Source of the DNA: Arcobacteraceae bacterium
GTDB lineage: Bacteria > Campylobacterota > Campylobacteria > Campylobacterales > Arcobacteraceae
Direction: 5' to 3'
Assembly (NCBI GenBank): GCA_963662945.1
Contig: OY759974.1
Location: 512,001-576,000 of the forward strand
DNA: 64,000 bases
In this document: in pieces, positions 47,527 through 56,851 of the stretch
Layout: the number at the start of each line of letters is the position of its first letter
Position numbering within the stretch: the stretch's first letter is position 1
Translations under genes and position numbers: made by a program
The notes under the pieces: model-generated
The model's input: the letters and a program-made list of their open reading frames with translations, nothing else
Told to the model about the DNA's origin: nothing
Databases searched by the model: none

Positions 47527-48686
47527 TGAATGAAAATCTTTTTGATCATAGTAATATAAGAGTTCAAAAACCATCTAAAGTATTAGAACAAAATGCTGCA
47601 AAAATTGCAGTAGTTGGAGTTGGTGGTGGTGGTTGTAACATGATCAACCATATGATAAATGAAGGAACTCATAAAATTGATTTAATTGTAGCAAATACAG
47701 ATTTACAAGTTTTAAATTTATCAAAAGCACCTAAAAAAATACAATTAGGTATTGAACTAACGAGAGGATTAGGAGCAGGAATGCGTCCTGATATTGGAAG
47801 AGATTCTGCTTTAGAAAATTATCAAGAGATAAAAGAATCTCTTGAGGGTTCAGATATTGTATTTATAGCTGCTGGTCTTGGTGGTGGAACTGGAACAGGT
47901 GCTGCTGCTGTTGTTGCAAAAGCAGCTAAAGAGATTGGTGCTTTAACTGTATCAGTGGTAACAAAACCTTTTAAATGGGAAGGTAAAAAAAGAACTGGTT
48001 TAGCAAATTTAGGTTTAGAAGAACTCAAAAAAGTTAGTGATTCGATTATTATTATACCAAACGATAGATTACGAAATATTGTTGAAGAAAACATTGGTAT
48101 GAAAGACGCTTTTAAAGTTGTTGATGATGTTTTATACCAAGCTGTAAATGGGATGAGTGAAGTTATCTTAAAACCAGGTTCAGATGATATTAATGTGGAT
48201 TTTGCTGATGTAAGAACTATTATGCAACACAAAGGGATTGCACTAATGGGAATTGGGAAAGCAAAAGGTGATGATGCTGCAAATCAAGCCTTAGAACAAG
48301 CAGTAAAATCTCCATTATTAGATGAAATTTCATTAAGTGGCGCCAAAGGGATTATGATTCACTGGACAGTAAATCCAAATGTATCAATGTTTGCCATTGG
48401 TGATGTTATGGAACATATTCACGAAACTTTAATCGGAACACCTGATATTATTTTTGGAACTACTACAGATGAAAACTTAGCAGTAGATGAGATTAAAATC
48501 ACAATTGTTGCAACAGGTTTTGCTTCACCTGAAGAACCACAAGAAGAAGAGCTTATAAAGCCTGTACACAAAAGTAATGCAAATATTAATACAAGACTTT
48601 CAGCACAAGATATAGAAAGTCAATATGATCTTCCTCCACTTATGAGAGGTTATTCTATTAAATTTAGCTTATCAAAACAAAGCTAA
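47526..48686 (+). CDS. ftsZ: Cell division protein FtsZ
   Basis: GVGGGG.N, GGGTGTG tubulin signature, INVDFAD; ATG at 47526 overlaps ftsA stop. Confidence 0.97.
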   Translation: MNENLFDHSNIRVQKPSKVLEQNAAKIAVVGVGGGGCNMINHMINEGTHKIDLIVANTDLQVLNLSKAPKKIQLGIELTRGLGAGMRPDIGRDSALENYQEIKESLEGSDIVFIAAGLGGGTGTGAAAVVAKAAKEIGALTVSVVTKPFKWEGKKRTGLANLGLEELKKVSDSIIIIPNDRLRNIVEENIGMKDAFKVVDDVLYQAVNGMSEVILKPGSDDINVDFADVRTIMQHKGIALMGIGKAKGDDAANQALEQAVKSPLLDEISLSGAKGIMIHWTVNPNVSMFAIGDVMEHIHETLIGTPDIIFGTTTDENLAVDEIKITIVATGFASPEEPQEEELIKPVHKSNANINTRLSAQDIESQYDLPPLMRGYSIKFSLSKQS

Positions 48687-48694
48687 ATTTATTT

Positions 48695-49060
48695 CTATTC
48701 TTCAAAAACAATAATATCATATTGACTTTTTTTCACAACAAGTGCTTTACTTGTTGCTTCATTCAATCCTTTTGTTTGTAATTCACATATAGATATTTCT
48801 AACTTTTTGATTTTATCTTCTAATTCAAGTATTCTACTTACTCCTGCAATATTGATACCTTGTTCTCTAGTAAGCATCAATATATACTTTATATAATCTA
48901 TATCTTCTTGAGAATAAAGTCTAATTTTCCCACTCGTACGACTAGGCGTAACTAGACCTTCTCTTTCATATTGTCTTAAAGTTTGAGGATGTATATTTAA
49001 TATTGTCGAAACTTCACTAATAAGGTATACAGGTTCACAATATGATTTTCCAAAAGACAT
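48695..49060 (-). CDS. hspR: MerR-family heat-shock repressor HspR
   Basis: EPVYLIS...IHPQTLRQYEREGL, RLYS, GINIAGV; downstream of cbpA. Confidence 0.92.
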   Translation of the reverse strand: MSFGKSYCEPVYLISEVSTILNIHPQTLRQYEREGLVTPSRTSGKIRLYSQEDIDYIKYILMLTREQGINIAGVSRILELEDKIKKLEISICELQTKGLNEATSKALVVKKSQYDIIVFEE

Positions 49061-49061
49061 T

Positions 49062-49961
49062 TTATAGTCCTTCCGGTAATTTTTCTTCTAGTAATTTTAC
49101 TAACTCACTATCTAAAGACTCTAATTTTGGTAAAATAATATTAGCTTTAAGATATAAACTTCCTTTTTCTTTTGTTTTTCTATTATAAGCACCTAATTCT
49201 TTTACTCTAAACTTTTGATTTTGTTTTGTATTTTGTGGTACTTTAAGTGTAATATCTTTTGTAAGAGTAGGTATAACTACTTTTCCACCAAATAATGCAG
49301 TTTTTAAAGGTACGTCAAATGATTTTATGAGATCATCTTCATCTCTTTCATATTCATCACTTGGACGAATATTTAGAGTAATTATTAAATCACCTCTAGG
49401 AAATCCATGTGATTGACGCCCTTTCCCTTTAGCTCGTATTTTTTGGCCATCTGCAATACCTTCTGGTATCTTAATATCAAATGATTCACCATTTATAGAG
49501 ACGTTTTTGACTCCACCTAAAATAGATGTATTAAAATCTATTGTCAGATTTGCACTCACATCTAAATCAGGTTCTCCAAAGCCCCCTCTTCCAAACGAAC
49601 TTCCACCAAAGCCACTACTTGAAAAACCACCTTGACTAAATCCTCCGCCAAAGCCTCCACCTTGACCAAACATTTGTCGTAAAATATCATTGATATCAAC
49701 TCCTGCACCTTGCCCTCTTGCAAAGTCATGAAAATTTTGACCACCAAACATATCATCACCATGCATATCATATTGTGCTTTTTTCTGTTCATCCCCCAAA
49801 ACTTCATATGCAGCATTGATCTCTTTAAACTTCTCCTCTGCTTTTGGGTCTTTATTCATATCTGGATGATATTTTTTAGCCAATGTTCTATAAGCTTTTT
49901 TTATCTCTGCTGCTGTTGCATTTTCACTAACTTCTAATGTTTCATATAAACTTTTTGCCAT
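49062..49961 (-). CDS. cbpA: DnaJ-class co-chaperone CbpA
   Basis: J domain with HPD, G/F-rich region, DnaJ C domain, no Zn finger. Confidence 0.92.
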   Translation of the reverse strand: MAKSLYETLEVSENATAAEIKKAYRTLAKKYHPDMNKDPKAEEKFKEINAAYEVLGDEQKKAQYDMHGDDMFGGQNFHDFARGQGAGVDINDILRQMFGQGGGFGGGFSQGGFSSSGFGGSSFGRGGFGEPDLDVSANLTIDFNTSILGGVKNVSINGESFDIKIPEGIADGQKIRAKGKGRQSHGFPRGDLIITLNIRPSDEYERDEDDLIKSFDVPLKTALFGGKVVIPTLTKDITLKVPQNTKQNQKFRVKELGAYNRKTKEKGSLYLKANIILPKLESLDSELVKLLEEKLPEGL

Positions 49962-50015
49962 TTTTTATAAACCTTCTAAATAATTTAATTATATTTTGCT
50001 ATTTTTAGCGATAAA

Positions 50016-50049
50016 ATTATATCACAAAGTTGAGTCAAAGTCAATCAAG
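50016..50049 (-). promoter_or_regulatory. cbpA-hspR promoter: extended -10 (TGATATAAT) and HAIR operator
   Basis: CTTGATT-N7-ACTCAAC at 50029-50049 versus HAIR consensus CTTGAGT-N7-ACTCAAG. Confidence 0.75.
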
Positions 50050-50062
50050 GTTTGAATATTTT

Positions 50063-52174
50063 TTAATTTAAAGGTAAAATAATTTTAAAATTTACACCTG
50101 AATATTTTTCATTATTATAAATATATTTTTCATTTGTAACAAAAATTTCACCATGCATATGTGCTGTGATGAGATTGTAAGTCATATGTAATCCAAGTCC
50201 AGTACCTTGAGATTTGTGTTTTGTAGTAAAATAAGGTTCAAATACTTTATTCATTACCTCATTTTCCATACCACCAGCATTGTCTTTAAAGCTAATTTCT
50301 AATTTTTCATTAAATTTTTTTATTTTAATAAAGATATATTTATTTTGAATCTTATGATCAATAAAAGCATCTTTTGCATTATTAAAAAGATTCATAAAAC
50401 ATTGTATTAATTCATTTGGATAACCAACCATTTCAATATCAACTTCAATATCTAGAATTATATGGATATCATTATTTTTTACAACAGATTCAACTAAATG
50501 TAAAAATTTATCGATATTGTCACTAATTTTAAAAACATCTTTAGTTGAGTCACCTTTAATAAAGTCTCTAAAATCATCAATTGTTTTTGAAAGATATTGG
50601 GCATTATCATTAATACTGTTACAAGTTTTTATAAACATTTCATCAGTTAATGCATTGTATTGTTTTTGCAACAACATACCTGTAACACCTGTAGAAATTA
50701 CAGATAGCGGCTGTCTCCATTGATGAGCAATATTTCCAATCATTTCACCCATACTTGCATTTTTTGATTGTTCAAATAATAAATGATCTTTCCTTTTAGT
50801 ATCAGTTATATCTACAAATGTAAGGATAATAAAACCATCACTCATATCTTTAATAACAGGTTTACTAGCTCGTACAATAAAATGATAAACTTCTTCATCT
50901 TTTTTCATCGCAACTTTAAACTCTTTAGAGGGATTTTCAACAATCTTTTGAATCCAATTTTCAGTATTGACAATATAAGAATCATCATTTTCTTCAGGTT
51001 TAATAAAAAAATTACATATACATTTATTTTCTTTTTTAAATTCTTCTAAACTTTTATATTGACTAAAAAATTCAAAAAACTTATCATTAACATCAAAAGA
51101 TTTATTCTCATGTAGTAATATAATAATATAAGGCTGTGAAGATAATATAGCATCAATTTTTTCTTTTTCTTTTTTTGTATATTCTAAATTTTCCTGTAAA
51201 ACATTGTTATATTTTTTATTTAAAATATAATAACCAAGAATTGAGATAGCAATAATGATTAAAAACATTATAAAAGTAATATCTTTTTTAGTCGTTTTTA
51301 AATCAGTCATTGTAAAATCTTCAAATTTCTTAAATAATACGATATATCCCATTTTGTTATTTTGTATATCTGGTATATGATACACTGTTATAAAATAACC
51401 ATTTTCTTCATCTAAAAAATACTTCTCATGATGGTTAATATAACTTTCAACTGAATTTTTTTCCATCAATTGTAATAATGATTTATCTGCATCTAAATTT
51501 GCAACGTAATAATCTTGGATAAAAGTATTTGTAAAAGCTTTTGTTAACTGTTTTTTATACTTTTTATCTGCAAGTATTACAGCACTAAATTTCTCTTCTG
51601 CAAGTTTTCTAGATATGGAATTAAAATGTGTAATAATTTCAAATATTCCAAGATACGTTTTATCTAAGTCATATATGGGAACCAAAGTCTTAAATGTCAT
51701 ATCAAATTTCCCAACACTTATAGTAGATGTAATTTTGGGTTCTTTTAACATTTGTTGTATATCAAGTCTTGATTTATATATTAAGTCTCCTCTATCATCT
51801 GTCCAACTTCTATAAAAATTTCTACCTTGATTATCTATAATCTGAAACCAAACATTTTTAAATCGTGTAAATTCACTCAATGTAAACGAAAGCTTATCTA
51901 GCTGTAAAATTGAATCATCTTTAATCCGTAGAGCTTCTATCATATGCTTATCTCGAGAAAGTGCAAGTGCAATAGAAAGAGTTGATTCTGTTTTATTTTT
52001 AATGAGTAAATCAATTTGTTTTGTGATATTTTTTTGTGTATTTGAATAAATTTTTTGTTTGATAATATCTGTTTTAGTATTGATGGTACTGTTGGAAACA
52101 TAAAAAACAATCGCCGATAATGTAACTATTATAGCGATTGTAATCAATTTAAATCTATTAAGCATTATTATCAC
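50063..52174 (-). CDS. Sensor histidine kinase (Cache-like periplasmic domain, PAS-like, HisKA, HATPase)
   Basis: IAHQWRQPL, DNAGG, FEPYFTTK, GTGLGL. Confidence 0.92.
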   Translation of the reverse strand: MIIMLNRFKLITIAIIVTLSAIVFYVSNSTINTKTDIIKQKIYSNTQKNITKQIDLLIKNKTESTLSIALALSRDKHMIEALRIKDDSILQLDKLSFTLSEFTRFKNVWFQIIDNQGRNFYRSWTDDRGDLIYKSRLDIQQMLKEPKITSTISVGKFDMTFKTLVPIYDLDKTYLGIFEIITHFNSISRKLAEEKFSAVILADKKYKKQLTKAFTNTFIQDYYVANLDADKSLLQLMEKNSVESYINHHEKYFLDEENGYFITVYHIPDIQNNKMGYIVLFKKFEDFTMTDLKTTKKDITFIMFLIIIAISILGYYILNKKYNNVLQENLEYTKKEKEKIDAILSSQPYIIILLHENKSFDVNDKFFEFFSQYKSLEEFKKENKCICNFFIKPEENDDSYIVNTENWIQKIVENPSKEFKVAMKKDEEVYHFIVRASKPVIKDMSDGFIILTFVDITDTKRKDHLLFEQSKNASMGEMIGNIAHQWRQPLSVISTGVTGMLLQKQYNALTDEMFIKTCNSINDNAQYLSKTIDDFRDFIKGDSTKDVFKISDNIDKFLHLVESVVKNNDIHIILDIEVDIEMVGYPNELIQCFMNLFNNAKDAFIDHKIQNKYIFIKIKKFNEKLEISFKDNAGGMENEVMNKVFEPYFTTKHKSQGTGLGLHMTYNLITAHMHGEIFVTNEKYIYNNEKYSGVNFKIILPLN

Positions 52175-52200
52175 CTTATTAGAAATAATTATACTACTTT

Positions 52201-53031
52201 TTACTTAAATTGTATGCAAAAGCCTCTATCAAAGTTCTCTAAGTCTTTATAAAACGTAACACTTTTAGTATTATAATTTTTTTCAATAAAGTTTTTCAAT
52301 GGAATTTTTTGATCATATCCCATCTCACATAATAAAAACTTTATCTCTTTTTTATGTGTTTCTTCTATAATATTTTTTAATAATTCATCACCACCTTTTC
52401 CACCAAAAAGTGCATTTGAAGGTTCATATTTTACATTTTTTGGCAACTTATAATCATCTGCTATATAAGGTGGATTTGATACTACCATATCAAATTGTAT
52501 ATCTAAAGGTACATTTGTAAATAAATCACTTTTTATAAATGTAATTTTATCTTCAACTCCATGTTTAATTGCATTTTCTTTTGCTAGTTCAAGTGCTTTA
52601 TCATTTATATCTACAGCTACTATTTCTATATCTTCTATTAATAGTGCCAACATAATAGAGATGATACCACTTCCAACTCCTATTTCTAAAACTTTAGGAG
52701 ATTTATTCTTTTGTAATATTTCTAAAGCTTTATCTACAAGTATCTCTGTTTCTGGACGAGGTATTAAAACCCCATCTCTTATATGAAACATCTCTCCATA
52801 AAAACTTGCTTTTTGAGTAATGTATTCAATAGGATACTCAGTCGCTCGTCTTTGTACAAGTTTTTTTAATTCTATTTCACAAGTACACTCTTTATCATAA
52901 TTAAGATGTAGCCATATCGTATTTTTTTCTAAAAGATGTAAAATAAGTATCTCTACCTCTTTTTGTGGTATATGTGTAACTTCTCGTAAAAGTACGCTAT
53001 ACTCTTTTATTATCTGCTTATATGTCTTCAA
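52201..53031 (-). CDS. prmC: Release factor glutamine methyltransferase
   Basis: VLIPRPETE, EIGVGSG, SNPPY. Confidence 0.95.
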   Translation of the reverse strand: MKTYKQIIKEYSVLLREVTHIPQKEVEILILHLLEKNTIWLHLNYDKECTCEIELKKLVQRRATEYPIEYITQKASFYGEMFHIRDGVLIPRPETEILVDKALEILQKNKSPKVLEIGVGSGIISIMLALLIEDIEIVAVDINDKALELAKENAIKHGVEDKITFIKSDLFTNVPLDIQFDMVVSNPPYIADDYKLPKNVKYEPSNALFGGKGGDELLKNIIEETHKKEIKFLLCEMGYDQKIPLKNFIEKNYNTKSVTFYKDLENFDRGFCIQFK

Positions 53032-54277
53032 GATTCTCTCTTAATGCCTCATCATCTTTATTTGATTGCCCTATTCCAGCACCATCATATCCTAACTCTT
53101 TAAGTCTTTCAACTAATGGAGGATGAGAATAAAAGAAAAATATATACAAAGGATGTGACAGAGGAAATGATTTGTTTTCATTTGCTAATTTCAATAATGC
53201 GTTTACTAAATCTTCTTTTGTAGCCATAGAACTTCCAAACTCATCTGCTGCATATTCATTGTGTCTACTAATTGCAGAAATTAATGGCATTAAGAAAAAT
53301 GATAAGATAGGACTAAACATCAAAAATAATAGGATAATAGCGTATGGTTCATTATTTAAGTGTAATTGCAAAAATAATTCCTCTGGTAAATTTCCAAATA
53401 AAGCAAAAAATACAAACATCACAAACCCCATAATCCCTATATTTTTTAAGATATCTCCATTTTTAAAGTGTCCAAGTTCATGTCCTAACACTGCTAATAA
53501 TTCATTGTGACTTAACTTTTCAACTAATGTATCAAAAAGTACTACCCTTTTTGTACTTCCTAATCCTCCAAAATAAGCATTTAAACGATTATCTCTTTTA
53601 CTTGCATCTACACTAAAAACACCACTACTTTTAAAACCAACTTGGTTTAAAAGTGCATTGATTTTTCCTTCTAATTCTTTATCCTCTAAAGGACTAAATT
53701 TATCAAACATTTTATCTCGAATAACTGGATACAACATATTGATTAAAATAATGACTGCAAAAATAAACACAAACCCATAAATCCACCATGATGGAAAAGA
53801 TTGAATAATCATACTTAATGCAGCTATCACTAAACTTCCAAAAATCAAAAATAATATTGCAGTTTTGATGGTATCTTTTATATATAAAGCTGGTGTCATA
53901 TTTGAAAAACCATATTTTTTATCAAGTTTAAATGTTTTGTATAATTCAAATGGCAATCCTAAAATCCAATTTATGATAATAAATAAATCTATAAACACAA
54001 CAGCTTTTTGCCACCCTTCAAAACTATTTGTAAACCCATCAAGTGATACAAGTCCAAAACTTATCCACATAAAAAACAATATAAAATCATAAAATGTAGT
54101 AGCCATTGAGAGACGATTGTTCTCTATACTGTATTCACCTGCTACTTTATATTTTGAAGGTGTTAATATCACCGCATCTTGATTTTTAGCTTTTTGTACA
54201 TAATCTACTTGCATAAATAAAGTATATATATTTACTAAAAAATATATACAATATGCTCCTATTGCAAATTCTAACAT
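53018..54277 (-). CDS. M48 (Ste24-like) membrane metalloprotease
   Basis: NAYFGG, HELGH, EYAAD, SHPPL.ER. Confidence 0.93.
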   Translation of the reverse strand: MLEFAIGAYCIYFLVNIYTLFMQVDYVQKAKNQDAVILTPSKYKVAGEYSIENNRLSMATTFYDFILFFMWISFGLVSLDGFTNSFEGWQKAVVFIDLFIIINWILGLPFELYKTFKLDKKYGFSNMTPALYIKDTIKTAILFLIFGSLVIAALSMIIQSFPSWWIYGFVFIFAVIILINMLYPVIRDKMFDKFSPLEDKELEGKINALLNQVGFKSSGVFSVDASKRDNRLNAYFGGLGSTKRVVLFDTLVEKLSHNELLAVLGHELGHFKNGDILKNIGIMGFVMFVFFALFGNLPEELFLQLHLNNEPYAIILLFLMFSPILSFFLMPLISAISRHNEYAADEFGSSMATKEDLVNALLKLANENKSFPLSHPLYIFFFYSHPPLVERLKELGYDGAGIGQSNKDDEALRENLEDI

Positions 54278-54730
54278 CTAATTTTCCCTTTTTATTTTTT
54301 CAACTATCTCTTGAAATTTTTGAATTTTTTCTTTTTCATCTGTAATATTTATAATTTCATAATTTTCTTCAAATGATTCTTTTTTCCAATTTGCACTTCC
54401 ATATATGGCAAATTTTTTGTCGATTATAGCTAGTTTTATATGTAATTTTCTTTTTGTTTGAACAAGCTTTATATTTTTATGAAACTTTAATTTTGATTTT
54501 TCATAAAGTATAACTACATTAACACCATTTTTACTAGCTTTTTCTAAAGCTTTCTCAAACTTTTTATAATCTATATTATACATCACTATATCAATACTTG
54601 TATGTGCATTTTCTATTAAATCAATAATCTCTTTTTGTACAAATGAAGATTCATCTGGCAAAAAATAAATCTTATCAAAACTAAAAGATGATATGACCAA
54701 TAAACACATTAATAATATTTTTTTAAACAT
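54278..54730 (-). CDS. Secreted single-domain phospholipase D/Nuc-like nuclease
   Basis: HIKLAIID (HxKxxxxD) plus GSANW; signal peptide from MFKK after AAGGA. Confidence 0.85.
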   Translation of the reverse strand: MFKKILLMCLLVISSFSFDKIYFLPDESSFVQKEIIDLIENAHTSIDIVMYNIDYKKFEKALEKASKNGVNVVILYEKSKLKFHKNIKLVQTKRKLHIKLAIIDKKFAIYGSANWKKESFEENYEIINITDEKEKIQKFQEIVEKIKREN

Positions 54731-55577
54731 TGTCTTTATTTCCTTTGTCAAATAATTTTATAGTATCTATATTATAAAATCCTTGTAATTGTTTATACAC
54801 TTCTGGAAATTCTTGTTGTAGTTGTTTTGGTTTTTCAAAAAACAACTCACTAGAAACTGCAAAAAACTCTGCTTCGTTTATAGCTGCATAATGTCCAAAT
54901 AATTTATACTTTCCTAAAAATCTATTTTTTAATGATTTTGCATTTAGTGTTTTATAAGTGTGAAACATTATATTTGCCCAACTTGTATATTTCATATTGT
55001 CTAATATAGGTACACCATCTGCAACTCCATCTTCAAAATCCAACTCATGGGCAAACTCATGAATAATAACATTATGATTTTTAAAATGATATGCTTCTTT
55101 TTTTGCATGATGCCAAGATACTAAAACAACACCACCGGTACTTTGACCTTCTAATACTGACTTTTCTTGCGTATAAATTCCATCATAACTTTTCACTTCA
55201 TCAATAACGTATTCATAAGGGTACACATAAATTGTACTCAGATTTCCATAACTTTTTTCATCAAGATTTACTATCATCAGACAAGCATAAAAACTAATTA
55301 CAACTTTCATTTCAAAAGTCACCTCATTTTTCATCCCTATCCACTCTTTTTCTTCTATAAAAACCAACATTTTATATTGAAGTTTAAGTTTTGTCTTTTC
55401 ATCTAGTAACCCATAATAAGGTATTTTTTCTAATACTTTTTTATAATGTTCTGGAAAAGGGATATTTTTGAGTCGTTTTAAAAGTAAGATATGATCCATC
55501 CACTTAATACTCTCTACAAATAAAAATAAAGCTAAAATTATTAGTAATATTTGAGCTAAAGCACTAGAATAAATCAA
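54723..55577 (-). CDS. MtfA-like zinc peptidase (M90)
   Basis: NVIIHEFAHELD, DGVP, YAA.NEAEFFAV.SE.FFEKP. Confidence 0.88.
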   Translation of the reverse strand: MIYSSALAQILLIILALFLFVESIKWMDHILLLKRLKNIPFPEHYKKVLEKIPYYGLLDEKTKLKLQYKMLVFIEEKEWIGMKNEVTFEMKVVISFYACLMIVNLDEKSYGNLSTIYVYPYEYVIDEVKSYDGIYTQEKSVLEGQSTGGVVLVSWHHAKKEAYHFKNHNVIIHEFAHELDFEDGVADGVPILDNMKYTSWANIMFHTYKTLNAKSLKNRFLGKYKLFGHYAAINEAEFFAVSSELFFEKPKQLQQEFPEVYKQLQGFYNIDTIKLFDKGNKDNV

Positions 55578-55589
55578 AATTATCTTTCG

Positions 55590-56297
55590 TTAATGACACT
55601 CTAAAATTGTTCTATCAGGATTGATTAAATAGTCATATCCATTGTAAATAGTATAACTACCATAAAGGATTACTGACACAGCAGCTAGTTTAATCATAAT
55701 ATTTCTAAATTCGCTTTGTTTAAAAAGACCAACAAAGAATCCTAGACTAAATAATGCAGGAATAGTACTTAAACCAAAAATCATCATCACCATAGCACCA
55801 TACAATGGATCAGCAGTACTAGCAGCTGTTATAGCAAAAAAGTATACAAAACCACAAGGAAGAAGCCCATTTAACATTCCAAGTAAAAAGAAACTAAAAA
55901 ATGTTTGACTTTTTAAAAGTGCCTTAAAATTTTCTTGATACCAAGTTGATTTTGAAAATGAGTGTTCTATAAGTGTCAAAAATTTAATTTTTCCTAAAAG
56001 TGAAAGTCCAGTTAAAAGCATAGCTGTACCAGCAACTAACCATAATATCCCATTTGCAGTATTAGAGAATGTAGCAACTCCACCAAGATATCCAAAGATA
56101 GATCCTAATATTGCATATGTTAAAATTCTCCCAAAAGAATATAAAAGATGTGCAACTGATTGTTGTCCTTTACTCCACTGATTTTGTACTTTGGTACTAG
56201 AATATGCTATAACAATCCCACCACACATACCAATACAATGCCCAAAAGAACCTAAGAATGCAATAGTAATAATACTTAGTATATCTACTGTTTCCAC
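55590..56297 (-). CDS. DsbD_2 / TauE-SafE family membrane protein
   Basis: GSFGHCIGMCGG, GLLPCGFVY. Confidence 0.88.
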   Translation of the reverse strand: METVDILSIITIAFLGSFGHCIGMCGGIVIAYSSTKVQNQWSKGQQSVAHLLYSFGRILTYAILGSIFGYLGGVATFSNTANGILWLVAGTAMLLTGLSLLGKIKFLTLIEHSFSKSTWYQENFKALLKSQTFFSFFLLGMLNGLLPCGFVYFFAITAASTADPLYGAMVMMIFGLSTIPALFSLGFFVGLFKQSEFRNIMIKLAAVSVILYGSYTIYNGYDYLINPDRTILECH

Positions 56298-56806
56298 TAA
56301 TTTTGTCCCTCTAAAAGCATTTTCTTAATCTTTGGATTTCCAAGATGTTCCCCTCGTAGCATATGTAAAGACATAGTTTCAAAATCAATTAAACCATCTT
56401 TTTTATTCTCATAAGCACCAAAACCATAAAACATAGGGGTATCATCTGTTCTACTATACCAAGCAGTTCTTCCATCTATATACCGTTTTGTATCTTTAGT
56501 CATTACCCAAATAATAGCTTCATCTTTAAATACTTTATTAGCAAGCCAATGTACCATTCCTCCATGATCATGAAAAAAATATGTTTTTCCTGATGGAGAA
56601 ATAACTTGTGACGCATAAGTCATATCATCTATCACCATACCACAATCACTATCTTGAAATTTATTTAAAACAATTTTAATAGGCTTCTTTTCAAGGTTAC
56701 CAGTATAAACAACAGTCATATTTTGACGTGTTGACATAGATACAAATAATACTACAATTACGACCACAATTAAAAGTACAGTTATATAAGGAAATATTTT
56801 TTTCAT
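56297..56806 (-). CDS. NosL-like membrane-anchored metal chaperone (variant motifs)
   Basis: DSDCGMVI, FHDHGGM, TPM.YG.GAY. Confidence 0.7.
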   Translation of the reverse strand: MKKIFPYITVLLIVVVIVVLFVSMSTRQNMTVVYTGNLEKKPIKIVLNKFQDSDCGMVIDDMTYASQVISPSGKTYFFHDHGGMVHWLANKVFKDEAIIWVMTKDTKRYIDGRTAWYSRTDDTPMFYGFGAYENKKDGLIDFETMSLHMLRGEHLGNPKIKKMLLEGQN

Positions 56807-56851
56807 AGGGTATTATATTGTAACAGAGTTAATGTAACGTTAAAACTACTT

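Noticed and set aside
54278-54730. PLD protein as an anti-phage (Zucchini/DISARM-like) nuclease
   Set aside because: Has a signal peptide and lies in a housekeeping run with prmC; no defence context
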